Shown in pieces: positions 13,700 to 28,061 of a stretch of DNA of 64,000 nucleotides; position 1 is the stretch's first letter, and each line of letters starts with the position of its first letter. The notes beneath the pieces were generated by a model. It was not told where the DNA came from. It saw only the letters and a program-made list of their open reading frames with translations, and did no database searches. Both the position numbers and the translations under genes were made by a program. The DNA comes from the human T2T-CHM13v2.0 reference genome, Homo sapiens: NCBI RefSeq assembly GCF_009914755.1, contig NC_060929.1; one strand, written 5' to 3'.

Positions 13700-14275
13700 G
13701 AAGAGAGGGAACACAATGTTATGGAGGAACAGAAATTTCAGTAGAGCCAGAACACAGAGTAGAAGGTGGAAGTGGTAAGAGGTGATGTTAGAGGGGAAAG
13801 GGGGGCCAAATTATGATAGACCTGAAAACCATTACAGAAAGCCTTCAGGCAATGTAAAACCTCTGAGGGATTGCCAGTATGAAAATATCAAGATAATTAA
13901 TCTTTGAATTTGGGAAAGATCACTGTGCCTTAAGTACAGAGTCTAGACTGGAAAGGGGAAGAACTGTGGCTAGGAAGCCTATTAGGAGGCAATAAAAGGG
14001 GCCCACACAAGTGGTAATGGTGGCCTGAACTAAGTATTAACAGTGGAGATGGATAGAGGTGAGCTGGTTTGAGACAAATGAGCAGGAAAAATTGAAAGGA
14101 CCTTGTTATTGTGTTTCGTGTAAAGAAAGGAAAAGAGAAAAATCGAGGAATTCGCCCAGTTTTCTGGCTCAGAAACTAGATAAATAATGGTCCCATTTAT
14201 TAAGTTAAGGCACACAAAAAAGAAATAATTTAGATGAAAGCACTTGGCCAGTTGAGTTTGTGGCATTTTTTAGTT
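13700..14275 (-). mobile_element. L2 LINE fragment
   Basis: Antisense-L2 motifs GAAAGATCACTGTG, TATTAGGAGGC, GGTGGCCTGAACTAAG, CAGTTTTCTGGCT; boundaries approximate. Confidence 0.6.
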
Positions 14276-15054
14276 TAAAATGCCTTTAAAGAGCAACTAC
14301 AAGGCCTGTGGCAAAGCTTTCCCTGTAGTGGAACAGGGAACCAACAGCATTCCCTGTAGTGGTCTTTCTTCCTGAATTGAACAGGAGCATATTTGCTGGT
14401 CCCAGAACTTAAAGCACCCCACCACTGTCACCAGAAACCCACACTGTACAGAAATACTGGCTACTAAGAGGACCGCCACACTGCATAACTTCAGGAGGCA
14501 TTACAGTCTTGTTGCCACAATGTACCTCTGTCTTTAAGAAAATTATTTTTAACGGAATCTCCAACTAGGAGACCTCTGAGGCCATGTGACAGAATTCGTG
14601 TAGTGTCACCCTGCTCTTGCTGCCCTCTTCTTTAAATCTTTGTGGTGGAGGAAATAAAACCAACCAGAAAATTCTTACTTGAATACTGGAAGGAAAAGCA
14701 AATATATTGGGTTTTTTTAAAAATAAAAATCGGGTTTTTTGGGATAAAATTTGTGAATCCCAAACACAAGTCTGGTTTTCAGCAGGATTTCTCCATTCTG
14801 TTAGGCCAGCTGTAGCCAAATTGGAATATTCCTTTAATTTATTTGTCAGACCTCCTTAAGGCTGCATTTAAAACAACCAGGCTCTGATTAGTGATACTTG
14901 AGATTTACGTATGGAAAGGAAATCAAAAGTCCAGGAATTAACTGGGAAAGGTATGACATTTATTGCCATATTGTAATTGAATAAGCAGCTACACTGTCAC
15001 AAACTACAATGTTCTCAGAAAGAAATAATTTGCCATATGATTTATTCAGTATTT

Positions 15055-15265
15055 GGACCTTAAAATCATTAGTTATTAAAGCAGAAAGGGACTTGGAGAT
15101 TATCTGACCCAATTTCCTCATCTGGCAAATAATGAAACTGAGGCCCAAATAGTCTAAATGTGTCATTGAGTAATGGCAATGCTTTGTTGAGAAACGACAA
15201 TGTTGTGTGTGGGAGTAAAGTCACCTAACTCCAGGCCTGTGCTCTTACCACTGATCTACACGCTT
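15055..15265 (-). mobile_element. MIR SINE
   Basis: GAAAGGGACTTGGAGATTATCTGACCCAA...GAAACTGAGGCCCA motifs. Confidence 0.6.
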
Positions 15266-15525
15266 CTCCATGAAATAACTCATAGGCTAATCTACAGAAC
15301 CCACCACAAAGAACCTGGAAAGCTGACAGTACATCTACCTAATTTCCTATTGTATGTATGTTCCAAGTAATGCAATCATCAATTTAACAATATGAAAACA
15401 AGAGGTTCCTGCAACCACGAATTCATTGGCCAGCTGGCTTTGTCAGTATTATTAAGTGTCCAAAGTGCTTCACATGATACCAAAAAAAAAAGGCTTATTA
15501 TCAACCCACTGTCAAAATCTAGCTT

Positions 15526-15734
15526 AGTGGTTCTCAGCCAAGGATAATTTTGCCCCTCGAAGACATTTCATAATTTCTAGAGACATTTTTAGTTGCCACA
15601 ACTGGAGAGTTGCTACTGGCATCTTGTGAGTAGAGGCCAGGATGGTTTAAAACATGCTATAATGCCCATGGCAGCCCGCACGAAGAGAATTATCCAGACC
15701 AAAATAGTGATAGTGCTGAAGTAGACAAACTTTG
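15526..15734 (+). mobile_element. MER20 hAT DNA transposon
   Basis: AGTGGTTCTCAGCC...TTTTGCCCC...GCTACTGGCATC...GTAGAGGCCAGGATG...GAATTATCCAGACCAAAAT. Confidence 0.8.
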
Positions 15735-15740
15735 TTTCTA

Positions 15741-16103
<363 letters not shown>

Positions 16104-16409
16104 AAAATCCCTCCATCACTGGATACAGGTAATGGTGCTGCTTCACAAGAACTGAAAAGGGAAGAGTGGTGGACAGCTGTCTGGGAACAGAACAAATGCA
16201 TTCCATAAAGCCAGTGTAACAACTCAGCTGAGCAAACACCCTTAGGAGGAAGTATGGGGCATTGGCTGGAGTCCAAGGGACTGTGTTCATATTCTAGTTC
16301 TGTGTCCTTGGGAAGTAACTGGTTGTTGATTTTTTATTTCCTTTCCACACATAAATCTCAAATGTCACTAATCCGAGACTTGTTGTTTTAAATTGTTCCC
16401 AAGGACAAA

Positions 16410-16560
16410 TATATCCCTAAGTCCTGGTTTTCTCAGATGTAAAATGAGGGTAAAAAATAGGACACTCTTCCCAGGGTGGTTGTGAAGATTACATGAGATG
16501 ATGTATATAAAGTTCCTCATATGGTGCTTTCGTCTAGTAAATGCTTAATAAGTGGCTATT
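16410..16560 (+). mobile_element. MIR SINE
   Basis: GTTTTCTCAGATGTAAAATGAGGG...GGTTGTGAAGATTACATGAGATGATGTATATAAAG. Confidence 0.65.
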
Positions 16561-16777
16561 GCCACCAAATTTAGAGCTTGACAGAATTAGTTGTGGAATC
16601 TAATTTTCCCATTTTATAGATGACAAAACTAAGTCCCAGAGATTTGTAAATATTATTTCTTATATTCTCACTAGTGTTCCATTTGAGGCCTAGAGAGTAG
16701 ACATTCAATAAATATTATGTTAGTTTTATTTGTCACGAAATTCTCAGCATCTCAGGAAAGAAATAATAAAAATGTGG

Positions 16778-17130
16778 TGATACGGTTTGGCTGTGTCCCC
16801 ATCCAAATCTCAACTTGACTTATAGCTCTAAGAATTCTCACCTAATCCGGGAGGGACCCAGGTAAAGGTAATTGAATCATGGTGGCCAGTCTTTGCCATG
16901 CTATTCTCATGATTGTAAGTAAGTCTCATGAATCTGATGGGCTTATCAGGGGTTCCTGCTTTTGCTTCTTTCACATTTTCTCTTGTGGCCACCATGTAAG
17001 AAGTGCCTTTCACCTCCTGCCATGATTCTGAGGCTTCCCCAGCCATGTGGAAGTGTAAGTCCAATTAAACCTCTTTTTCTTCCCAGTCTCGGGTATGTCT
17101 TTATCAGCAGCATGAAAATGGACTAATACA
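16778..17130 (+). mobile_element. THE1A-like MaLR solo LTR with 5-bp TSD
   Basis: TGATACGGTTTGGCTGTGTCCCC...GCTTATCAGGGG...GACTAATACA; TGTGG at 16773-16777 and 17131-17135. Confidence 0.9.
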
Positions 17131-18793
17131 TGTGGGTAGTATTGTCCCCTTTCACAAATGGACAATTGAAGCCAAACATTATGTATCTTACCTGAGGCTA
17201 CCTTTTGGCAAGTAAGAACCCTGATCTTCAATGTAATACTCAAGTGCTCATTTGCTAATTTCACAGCAAGGCAAGTTTCAGATCATTTCTACTTCCTTTT
17301 TTCAAGGGTTTGGCCCTAATTTTATCATTTAGATATATCCATGTTTCCCTCAAAGGTGGAAGTTTCCAAAGGGAAGATGATCAATCAATTGCTGACAGCA
17401 TAAATCATCCATAGGCAGTGTCTGAGACAGGGCCCATTTCATTTTTCATCTTCTTGACAATAAAGCAAATTAATCCACCAGCACTAATAAACCTTGTATC
17501 AATTTATCTAAATTGGTCAAGAATAAGAAAATATCAGTGGTTACAATGCTAATGAGCAAACTTTTTTTTTTCTCATAAGAATTCTGGGCCAGTGGTGATT
17601 TTGAAAGGGAATCTGTGAAGGAGTTCAAGATCCTCTATACAGGTGATGTGTTCTGTGTAGTTTTCCAAACTCTCAGTGAGTCAAGAGTTTATCTGAAACC
17701 CACAGAGAGAAGGCCAGACCAAGTAATAAAGCCTTCAATCCTAAGAGCAAATACAAAGACTTCCTGTCCTGCTCTACCACAAGCATACAGAGAAATGTCA
17801 GAATTGGATAATACCAGGCAGTCATTAAGATATTAAAAAATAATAATAGTAAGGTAAAAGCAGCTACACATATAATTGTCAAGCATGTCCAGTGTTAAAA
17901 TCCACTGATGTGGCCCAAATTTGTAAGTGTATTCCTTACTTCCCCATTTCATTAGTATTATCTTCCAGATGTTTTCAGATCTGGAATGTCTGGTGTCTGG
18001 GACACCAAGGGTCAGGTACAAGATCTCTTTGTCAAACTGCCATTTATGCTGCAGGCCCTGAGCCCTACCCCATCCAACCCCTCATCACTGGAGGAAAACA
18101 CAAGGGTAGGTAAGGCCATAGCAGCAAATCACTTGGCAGGTTTCTTTGTTATTATGTTTTAAAGATTCCTGTTTCCTAATTCTAGATTCTGCTTTTCTTA
18201 ATTTTTTTTTTAACTAGATGAATTTTTTGGAAATCAAAATGTTCTCTGTAGTTTGGAACTACAGCTTAGGTGGGAAATCATGATTAAAGCTTTTCCAATC
18301 CTAAGCAAAATAAATAAAAAAAGATGTACAGAATTTTATTGTAATGCAGGCTAGAACACACGCTCTACATTGCCATGCCATGTGAATTTCATGTCTTTGT
18401 GGTTTGGCTCTCTTGTCTAATTGTTTATTTGGTCCACTCGACCCTTTTGGATGTAGACAGGATGAATGTGTTATTATTTTTGGTATCCTAGTCATGTTTC
18501 CTACCCCATAGTAGAGCAGATGTTTGTGAGAACAAATAATGTGAATGGTCCAGAGAGAGAAAACCAAGTGAAAAAACCACTGCTAACTTTTCTTTATGCA
18601 TGTGGGATGTAAAAACACCAACGTATGTTAATGTTGCTTTATTATTCAGAGGGAGTTGAAGTTCATTTTCTTTCCTTGAAGTCTTACTCTTTCTTTAGCC
18701 TTGTGGGTGTGCCTTTTGTGGGACCCTGTTAAAATTTAAAAGATAAAAACTTTAATCTTTCACAAAAAGTTGTGAAACAAAGAAATTGCATGA

Positions 18794-18890
18794 TTAAATG
18801 AATCATTTATATTTAGTAGGACAATTAAAGATAAAAAAACTTTGATTTTTTATCTTTAATTGTCCTACTAAATATAAATGATTTATTTAA
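18794..18890. repeat. Long AT-rich inverted repeat (45-bp arms, 7-nt loop)
   Basis: 18794-18838 is the reverse complement of 18846-18890 at 44/45 positions (G18800 pairs with T18884). Confidence 0.95.
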
Positions 18891-21536
18891 ACAAATTAAA
18901 GTTTTTATCTTTAATTATCCTACTAAATATAATTCCCAATTGAATGTTTAACTCATAAATTCTGTATGATAATAAAGCCATTTAGCCATCTGTCAGTTAA
19001 TTATCCATGGTTTGCCTCATCTTACAATTTTGAGGATCAAACAATTAAGACCTTAAAAGTCTGCCTGTTGGAAATTTTAATTCCAATTAAGAAAGTCTAA
19101 AGTTTCCAAGTACCTTACCTTCTGGTGATTCAAAATACTCAATTAAGAGTAATGAAACACATTTCTGTGTTAAATGACTATGTGAAAAGTCTAATTGTAT
19201 ACATAAATTGGTTAATATTTTAATAACTATGTTAACATATTAACTGTTTCCAAAATGAAGATTTTTAGTAAAAATTCTAGTCAACCCACATTTTGCACTA
19301 GCCCCAATAATTTTCTTTCTGAAGCCACACTTCTCCTTCCAACTAATCCAATGCCCCTAAATGATGTTGTTTCAATTAGTATACAATGCCAGATATTTAG
19401 AAGATTCTGCTTTATATAGTCCAAATCAAATCACATAAATCAGTTAAAATTAACTTAGTTACAGGCAATTTTATTGCATATAACAATTTTTTTTGTTATC
19501 TAATTATGGGAAATAATAAATAATTTTAATATTTTATATTTTGGCCATCACTTTTTTTTTAATTTGGGGGGTTTTATTTTATTTTATTTTATTTTTAAGG
19601 TTGTATAGACATAAAAATGATTCTTACAGTAAGCATTACAAATTTGTTTTTGCTATCTTATTTATTATTTTGTTTATACCCTTACTGTGTTCAAAGATAC
19701 ATTTGAGGCAGCTCTTAGAAATATATGTAATAGAATATAAGGAAAAATTTTTCAATACAGTAATTCAAGAGGACAGAAAAATAAAATCAAGAAAAGAAAT
19801 AAAGTCACGAAGTAAAGTTAAAATAGAAACATCATTGCTCAGAGACACATCATGAACTAGGCTCTGACCTTTCTATTATCCAAAATGACAAGAAGAAAAA
19901 TCATCACTTACATGACCCACAGTGTCCATAGATTAAAAAAACAACAACATAGTTGCTCAAACACACACAAGTATTCCTCAAATTAAGGCCTGAGAAACAT
20001 TCTTCCCATTAGTCTGCATATAGAAGATTGTGTGAAATGTAAATAACAGCATTCTCAACAATATCTCAGTAGTAAATACAAAAATGAGAACATTCAGGAT
20101 TGTTTCTACCAATGTCTCTCAATGAAGGTCAACAAAAACACAATGCAAAAACAAAATCAAAAACAAAAATCCAGTTGAATGAATGCACCCGAGAAAGAAA
20201 AACGCTAAAATGATGCAGTATAAGGCAGCAGCTCCCTCTTGTCTGACAACCCATTGAAGATATTTTAGAGGATCTGGAAGAGTACTTGGACTGTATATTC
20301 TCAGGTAATACTCCATAAACTTGTAATAAACACTGAGTACTAGTAAATTCAAAGTATTATTTTCAAGTAAAGAAATAAAAAATCACAGTTTCTCAACGGA
20401 TACATATCTGGATTTTATTTAAAGTTCCTATTTATCTAAAGTGTTCCTAGATATAACTAATGTTCTTTTCAAGGGTTACCAGAGTAAAGTCCTTAAATGG
20501 GCCCCTCCACCACTCTCTGCCCACCTGCCCACCCCAGGTGTGTGAAATGACATGGTCTTTAATTCCTAACCTCTTCCCTTTCCCATCCTTCTCATTAAGA
20601 AGAAAGACAAGACTTCCTGAAGCATTAATACAAAACAAACAAAGTTCTCATTTTTTTATTTGGAATTAATCCAGAAATTAAGAGAAAAGCAACGCCATAG
20701 ACTGAAGTGCCAACCTCTACTATTCCTCCATCTCCCGGCTGTTTGGTGCCAAACCTGTCATGTATCATAGTTCACAAAGCTCTGAGGCCAGATGGTAAGG
20801 GCATGGATTGCTTTGCAAATCACTAGAAAGCACTTGGAATTAGCCTGGTGTTCAATCAGCTATCCAACATTTGACCTTCTACAGACACAGACAGAAGCCC
20901 TGCTCATCAATAGCTCCTAAAATGGGCCACTATTATTTTTTTGGCCTTTCTCGCAGGCCTAAGTCTAGATCCTAATTTGACCCAGTACAAATAATTAGGC
21001 CTAAACTCACTGGGCAAGTACTACTTTCATAATGAACCAGAGGAAGAGTGCCAGTTTGTGCAGTCTGTTTTTGTAATCCACATCCTTTTCACTAAGTTCA
21101 CTCTCTTTAAGCTCATAATAAACAGGCTCAATAGCCTAAGACTTTCTCTTTGAAAGGGGACTCCAATCGATACTAAAAATATTTTATAAAATTACCATTT
21201 ATATCCAAGAAGGAATCTGTAAAGACCTCTAGGCTTAGAATAGTTCCAAAAGTCTATGCCCTCAACCCATCATCCTGGTATTTGGAGAAAAACCTTAGTG
21301 CTTTAGCACTAATGTATCCATTTTTTTAGCACTAAAAAAGACATGCTGGGATTTTGAAGTTAAATTCATAGAGAGACTATTAGTTTACAGAGGTGAGGCA
21401 AGAATTAAGAAAACTAACAAGGGATGCAGAAGCAGCCAGGGACCACACCAGCAAGAAACAGTTTCCACCTTCAGGCCTAAAAGAGACAAGGGGAGCAAAG
21501 CAGTGTAACCAAAGGCATGTCAGAATTGATTGGAGA

Positions 21537-21846
21537 GGCCGGGCACAGTGGCTCATGCTTGTAATCCCAGCACTTTGGGAGGCTGAGGTGGGCAGATTAC
21601 GAAGTTAGGAGTTCAAGACCAGCCTGGCCAACATAGTGAAACCCCATCTCTATTAAAAATACAAAAAAAAAAAAAAATTAAGCCAGGCATGGTGGTGCAC
21701 ACCTGTAGTCCCAGCTACTCAGGAGGCTGAGGCAGGAGAATCGATTGAACCTGGGAGGCGGAGGCTGGGGTAAGCCGAGATTGTGCCACTACACTCCAGC
21801 CGGGGCAACAGAGCAAGACGATGTCTCAAAAAAAGAAAAAAAAAAA
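21537..21846 (+). mobile_element. AluS
   Basis: Full dimer GGCCGGGCACAGTGG...GTCTCAAAAAA; TSD-like AATTGATTGGAG / AATTGACCGGAG. Confidence 0.9.
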
Positions 21847-21955
21847 TTGACCGGAGTTGTAATCTGAAAAGGAAAAAGCCATTTCTGCAATTGCAACACA
21901 GAAGTCAAAGCGAAGTAGAGGAGACCAAGAAACACTAGGCCCTCTTTCTCCTCTG

Positions 21956-22459
21956 TGTTAGAAATAACCCTCAAAAGCCTAAAGAAATTGAACACTCGAA
22001 AAAAAGGATTCTTAGCAAAGCAATTTTACTTCTGCGCAGAGTGGTGTCTCCTTGGCCAGTCACCATGAGAGCACACCTGAACAAAGGGCACGAGAGCCTT
22101 TATTCCTGATGCAAGTCCTGCCCCTGTACCCTTTCCCCATTGGCTGGGGTCGGGTCGTACAATCTAAACTAATCCGCTTGGCTAAACATTTGATTTTTTT
22201 TTAGATAAGGTGGGCATGTAAAAGAAAGTGGAGAGGAAGGGGAAGGGGTGTCTGTTATGAGCTAGAAAGTTAGTCCTCTTTCCAAATAAGGAAAGGAATG
22301 TGAGCTGTTACTGATAATGCCTGGTATTGTAGTGTGCCTGAGCATCTAACAAAGTCAAAAAGGAAAAAAGGAGAAAAAGGAAAAGTTGGGGGGGTACTAT
22401 TAATTAAAGAATAAAAGATTAATCAGATTATCTGAAGAGAAACCTCATCATATCCCACA
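21956..22459 (-). mobile_element. LTR10B-like (HERV-I/ERV1) solo LTR
   Basis: Minus strand begins TGTGGGATATGATGAGGTTTCTCTTCAGATAATCTGA and ends ...TTATTTCTAACA; minus-strand AATAAA near 22099-22104. Confidence 0.75.
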
Positions 22460-22983
22460 GCTGGCTTTCTCATCTGCTGTGGAAAACTCCCACTGGCTGA
22501 ACCTAAGTAGAAGTCAAGGCAAGGGAGCCTGCTGGCATAGCCCACAACAGAGAAGAAAGGAAAATGAGGCAGAGGGTGGAGAATAACGAGTGCAATGACC
22601 TTGCAAAACAATGGCATTTCTGGACCTTCCATGAAGTACTTGGAACTCACGTGAATGCAATTATTGTGGGATCTGAGGCACTCAGCTAACTGGTGCTGTG
22701 TAGAGGCAGGTCTCTCCATGAGAAGAGCTCATAATCATTCTTGGTTTCATCCTCTCAAGGGAAAAAAAATACCTTTATACTATCCAACAAATAGAACTTT
22801 TCACTTATGTTTTTAAAATATTTGCTGATTTCATAAAATTTTGCCTGATTAATGGCATTTCCAAAGGCAGCATTTTTATTTTTCTCCTACAATGACAGAG
22901 CATTATGTGGAGATAGTGGAGATGTGTGGCTATCCAGCAACGTGTCCCCCAACCCTATGCTTATGGAAGAGAAAGAGAGAAGC

Positions 22984-23199
22984 TTTTTTTTTTTTTTTGA
23001 GACAGGGTCTTTTTCTGTTGCCCAAGCTGGACTGCAAGTGGCATGATCATAGCTCACTGCTGCCGCAACCTTCTGGGCTCAAGCAATCCTCCCAACCTCA
23101 GCCTCTCTAGTAGCTGGGACTACAGGCACAGGACCACCACATCTGGCTAATTTTCATATTTTTTCTAGAGACAGGATTTCACCATGTTGCCCAGGCTGG
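22984..23199 (-). mobile_element. 5'-truncated AluJ
   Basis: T-tail followed by GAGACAGGGTCT...GATCATAGCTCACTG...GGGCTCAAGCAATCCTCCC. Confidence 0.85.
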
Positions 23200-24536
23200 G
23201 TGTATTTAATCCAGCTGTACCCTGATCTTCATTATAGACTCAAGTTTCAACTCCTTTATAATTGACAATGCACAGAGAATCTCATTTCCTAATTGTGGGA
23301 GAGAGAATATAACGACGATATAAGAGAATACAAAGACAAAGGAAAGAGAAGCTTGATGGCAAAGTGCTAGCAAGAACTCTTCACATATGGCTATTTTCAC
23401 ATCTTAAATGTAATTTGCACATATTCAACAAGTAAACGTTTCAAAAGGTAATTTAATCTTAAGCTAAACACCTCGTCTAAGTCAAAAGACAGACGTCAAG
23501 CTTTTTTTATGTTAAATGTAAAGCTTGGAAGAATACTTCCTAAAACACTCCCACGACACACATTTCTCATGAAAATTATACCTTGCAATGAAAATGGTGA
23601 CATAGCCTAGCATGCATTCACTCAATACTGCTCCATACAGAGAAAAGGGAAACTAAGGTCATCAACAATAATTTAAGGTTTCTGAATTATTCCAGAAAGT
23701 TTGGCATTCCCAGACTGAAATTTTGACTGGAAGCTGGAATGTTCCACTTGCCAGCAGATGGCTTATTAGATGAGAATACCTTATGAGCTGTGTAAGAACC
23801 TCTTAACCCTGGGAAGTCCTGATGGATATAACTGCAGAAAACAAAATCATAATTACATGAGGCTTAGATTGCTCTGTAACATACAAGGTCCAGGTTATAT
23901 TACAATCCTTTAATTTTCTTCAAATTTAATTAGAAGTAGCTCAAGTCCCTTCCCACTAATATTAGCAAGAACACTGATATTAGTCAGTTTGTGCTCTGCA
24001 CACTCCTTAGAATCACTGAGATAGATAGATTGACAGATTAATAAAAACTGACCTTCCAGCTTTCCAGTTCTTGAGCAGGGAAGAGCCTCAGTCTGTGGCT
24101 GCCACCACTGCCATTTGCTCTTTGAGGCCATACCAAGCTACTGTGGAGCACTTGTCTCTCACCATCTGTCCAAGCTGTTGTGCCATCTGTGGTCTAAGCC
24201 AACAAGCACTATTTGTTGATGGGCAGCTCCCTAGCAGCTTCACTCATTTTTGGGCAAAGTCTGGCAATGGAGAGGCTTTTCCTGACCCTAAGGCCATAGC
24301 TCTGTCCTCACAGGCATCTCATCAGGCTCCTGACCCTCAGAGTTGCAGCGTCTAAGTGAGTTCAGACCTTTACCTTCCAAGAGACTTACAACCCTTTCCT
24401 CTTCCCACTCTTTGTGGATAAAACCAAGGTTACACATTTATTCTCCTTTCAACACTGTAAACTTGGATTGGCTCCTTCTTCTCTCTTTTGAGAAAATTAG
24501 ATCTCATTGCTTCAATTGCCTTAAATGGGCACGCAA

Positions 24537-24538
<2 letters not shown>

Positions 24539-24572
<34 letters not shown>
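24539..24572. repeat. (AC)17 microsatellite
   Basis: Perfect AC dinucleotide run. Confidence 0.95.
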
Positions 24573-24575
<3 letters not shown>

Positions 24576-26039
24576 GCACACAAGACTTTTTAATGGCTTT
24601 TTCTTTTAAAAGGTTACATGTCAGCCTGCCAATATCATCAAAGTGGAAAACATCTATGAGTAAGAAAACCTCAGCCTAGACACCCTCTGAGAGAGGAAAA
24701 ATCCCATTTCCTTCCTTCCCAATGAGGTTGCTATAAAGGAAAATGAAGCACATAATTTCTCAGAAGATGACCCTCATATACAAAATGTGTAACAAATTTA
24801 TTTGTTCGTGTATTAATTCAAAAAGTATTTTTGAGCTCCAGCTGTCTCAAGCAGCTCAAATGTCACTGGAGATAGAATAATGAGGAAAAATGTATTGTCC
24901 CAGCTCTTATGGCATTCAGTCTGGCCATCATCAACAAAAAGTGATCAACAGACTACAATGGTGCAAACCACTGCCCTTACCCCTGGAGAAACAGGAAAAG
25001 CACAAGACTCTATCCCTGTATTTGAAGGGTATTTAGACATAGCTAAGTACATAAAATGATTAAACACCATGCCTCATGCTAAAAACCAAAAGTACAAATG
25101 ATAGTTTCCATACACAATCCTAAAAATGACTGAACAACTGCCAGATTTAGGGAAAACAGAAATAACTTCAGGAGGTGTAAGCACTTTAGCCAGGAGCCAA
25201 GGAAGGTAAAGGACACTGACAAATGGTAAAGAGGAAAAAGAAAATTCCCAAGTCACATTAGAAAGTGAGAAAATGTTTGAAATCTTAAGGAACTCAAATA
25301 ACTTTTAAGAGGACCAAAAATGCTTAGTTTAGTTTTATTTTTAAGTGAATGTTTAAAATAATGCAGACTCTCAAATCTTATCTATCATTTTACTCATAAA
25401 GCTGCTGTCAGCTGTGTTTTCAACTAGGAATTATCTGATAGACTCAAAACCCATAAAACTGTCCCTCAATCTTCTTTTTCTCATAAAAAGTATTTCTCTC
25501 TGTTACTTCTTCCTCTAGCCTCCTTTATGATGGTGAAGAATTAGGTAGAGAAACTTTCCTTTCAGAAACAGAAACTTTGTGTAATCTCAATGGAAAAGTA
25601 AATCACATGATCTTTCTGAAAGATTATTTAGCAATAAGCATCAAAAGTCTAAAACTGAGCAAACCATCTGGCCTCATAAATCTACTTTCTAGGAATTTAT
25701 CTAGAGACATAATCATAAATTTGCACAAAGAGTTTGATGAAAGATGTTTATTGTAATGATATTTGTAGTAGTAAAATAAATTTAAGGCAACTTAGCTACA
25801 TAAATTATAGTATAGGCATATAAAAGAATTATCTTGAAAATATTTAAGGATATTAAAAAATGCTCAGAAGGTGAAAAAAATCATGTCACGAACTATGAAC
25901 ATATGATCCCAAGTATCTAAAGCATTACATAGGAGAAAAAGATATTAAAATGTTAAGACCTGTTATCTCTGGGTGGTAGTATTATGAGTGAAATGTACCC
26001 TTTCCTTATGCTTTCTGGTATTTCAAATTTTTACAATAG

Positions 26040-26088
26040 AGATACACACATACTCACACACACTCACACTCACACATACACACACATA
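26040..26088. repeat. Imperfect (CA)n microsatellite
   Basis: ACACACATACTCACACACACTCACACTCACACATACACACAC. Confidence 0.8.
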
Positions 26089-27027
26089 TAAACAGCTAGT
26101 TCTAAAAGGGATTAATCTCATGTTTTTTAACTGTCAGGGGAGTATTTTGAGACCCTGAACCCAGTTTCTAGTCAATTTTGGATTTATTAATATTAACCAT
26201 CTTCCATAACCCTCCTGCTTCATTATCCATTTACCAAATGGCATGGAAAGTAAGCCATGTACACTAAGCCTGCCTAAGATGAGAAGAAAACACTGGCGTC
26301 CGCCAGTAACATTGTTTTTCTTTCATGTCCACTAAGCCTTACTCAGCCACTAACCACCATGCCTTGGGCAGGGAAGCCCATTTAGAATTTTACACTCATT
26401 TTTAAATCCTAGATTTTCTCTACACCACTAAAGAAAGTATGGCTTCCAACTTCAGGAGCCCATGCCCATCACTCAAACCAAAATCAGCTGGGGGGGACTG
26501 ACTACCCTGCTCTCCTGCTATGCTGTGACTCTGAGGCAGCCTCTCTAACCTGACTCTGAGGCCAGAGTGAACCAGGTTGGGAGCACAACTTAGAGAACTG
26601 GCTCCATTATAGCAAGATTATCCTGGAAGGGAAGCTTCCCATTCCACATGAGGATACAGAGAGCCACAAAGAGCATCGCTCTCACACTCACAACAGCAAC
26701 AAAAAAGTAAGGTAAGCTATAATCATACGTCCTTTCTTAAATCCATAAAAAAGCTGAAGTCATAAGGCAGTCAACTAGCCTAAAATCTAAGGAGAGACAA
26801 ACGCATGTAAGGGAAGGAGAGAACATAAATATTTTATTACGCAGAGCAGATGCAGCTGAACACCTATATGAAGAAGTAGCTAGAATAGTTAATAAATCGT
26901 TGGAGGCAGATTGTGACCTGGCAAGAGTATGTAGAACCCATGGAGGCCACAAATTTGGGGGAATTTTGTACCATATTGCAGGCTTTTTATACACAGACCT
27001 CAACAAACACTTATTAAAAAAAAATTA

Positions 27028-27493
<466 letters not shown>

Positions 27494-27861
27494 CTAAAGG
27501 CATTTGAAGCCTGTAGTGCATAAAGAATATCTATAGCAACAACAAACCTCAAACTAACTTAATTTGTAATCAGATTAATGGAAATCCTCCTGCTAAAGCC
27601 ACAGCAGAAGGAAAATCATCATCATTTCCAGACACAAAAACTGTTGACCACAATCACTACTGTCCTACACAAGGTGTCCAGTTTTCAGAAAAAAAAAAAA
27701 AAAAAAAAAAAAAAACCCTATGAGGCATGTGAGAAGACAAAAAAAAAAAATCATGCTGACAAGAGACAAAGCTATCAACAGAACCAGACTCAGACTCAGA
27801 CACAGATGCTGGAATTATCATATAGGGAATTTAAAATAACTCAGATGTTAAATATTCTAAA

Positions 27862-28061
27862 ACAGGGTTTCTCAACAATATTGACATTTTGCGAGGGATT
27901 ATTCTATGTTGTAGGGGCTGTTCCGTGCATTGTAGGATGTTTGGCAGAATCCCTAGCCTACACCCATTAGATGCCAATAGCTTTCTCTAATCATGACAAC
28001 CAAAAATGACCCTGACATTGGCAAATGTCTGCAGGGAGACACTCCCAGTTGAGAACCACTG
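27862..28061 (-). mobile_element. MER20
   Basis: CAGGGTTTCTCAAC...GTGCATTGTAGGATG...TAGATGCCA...GTTGAGAACCACTG. Confidence 0.8.
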
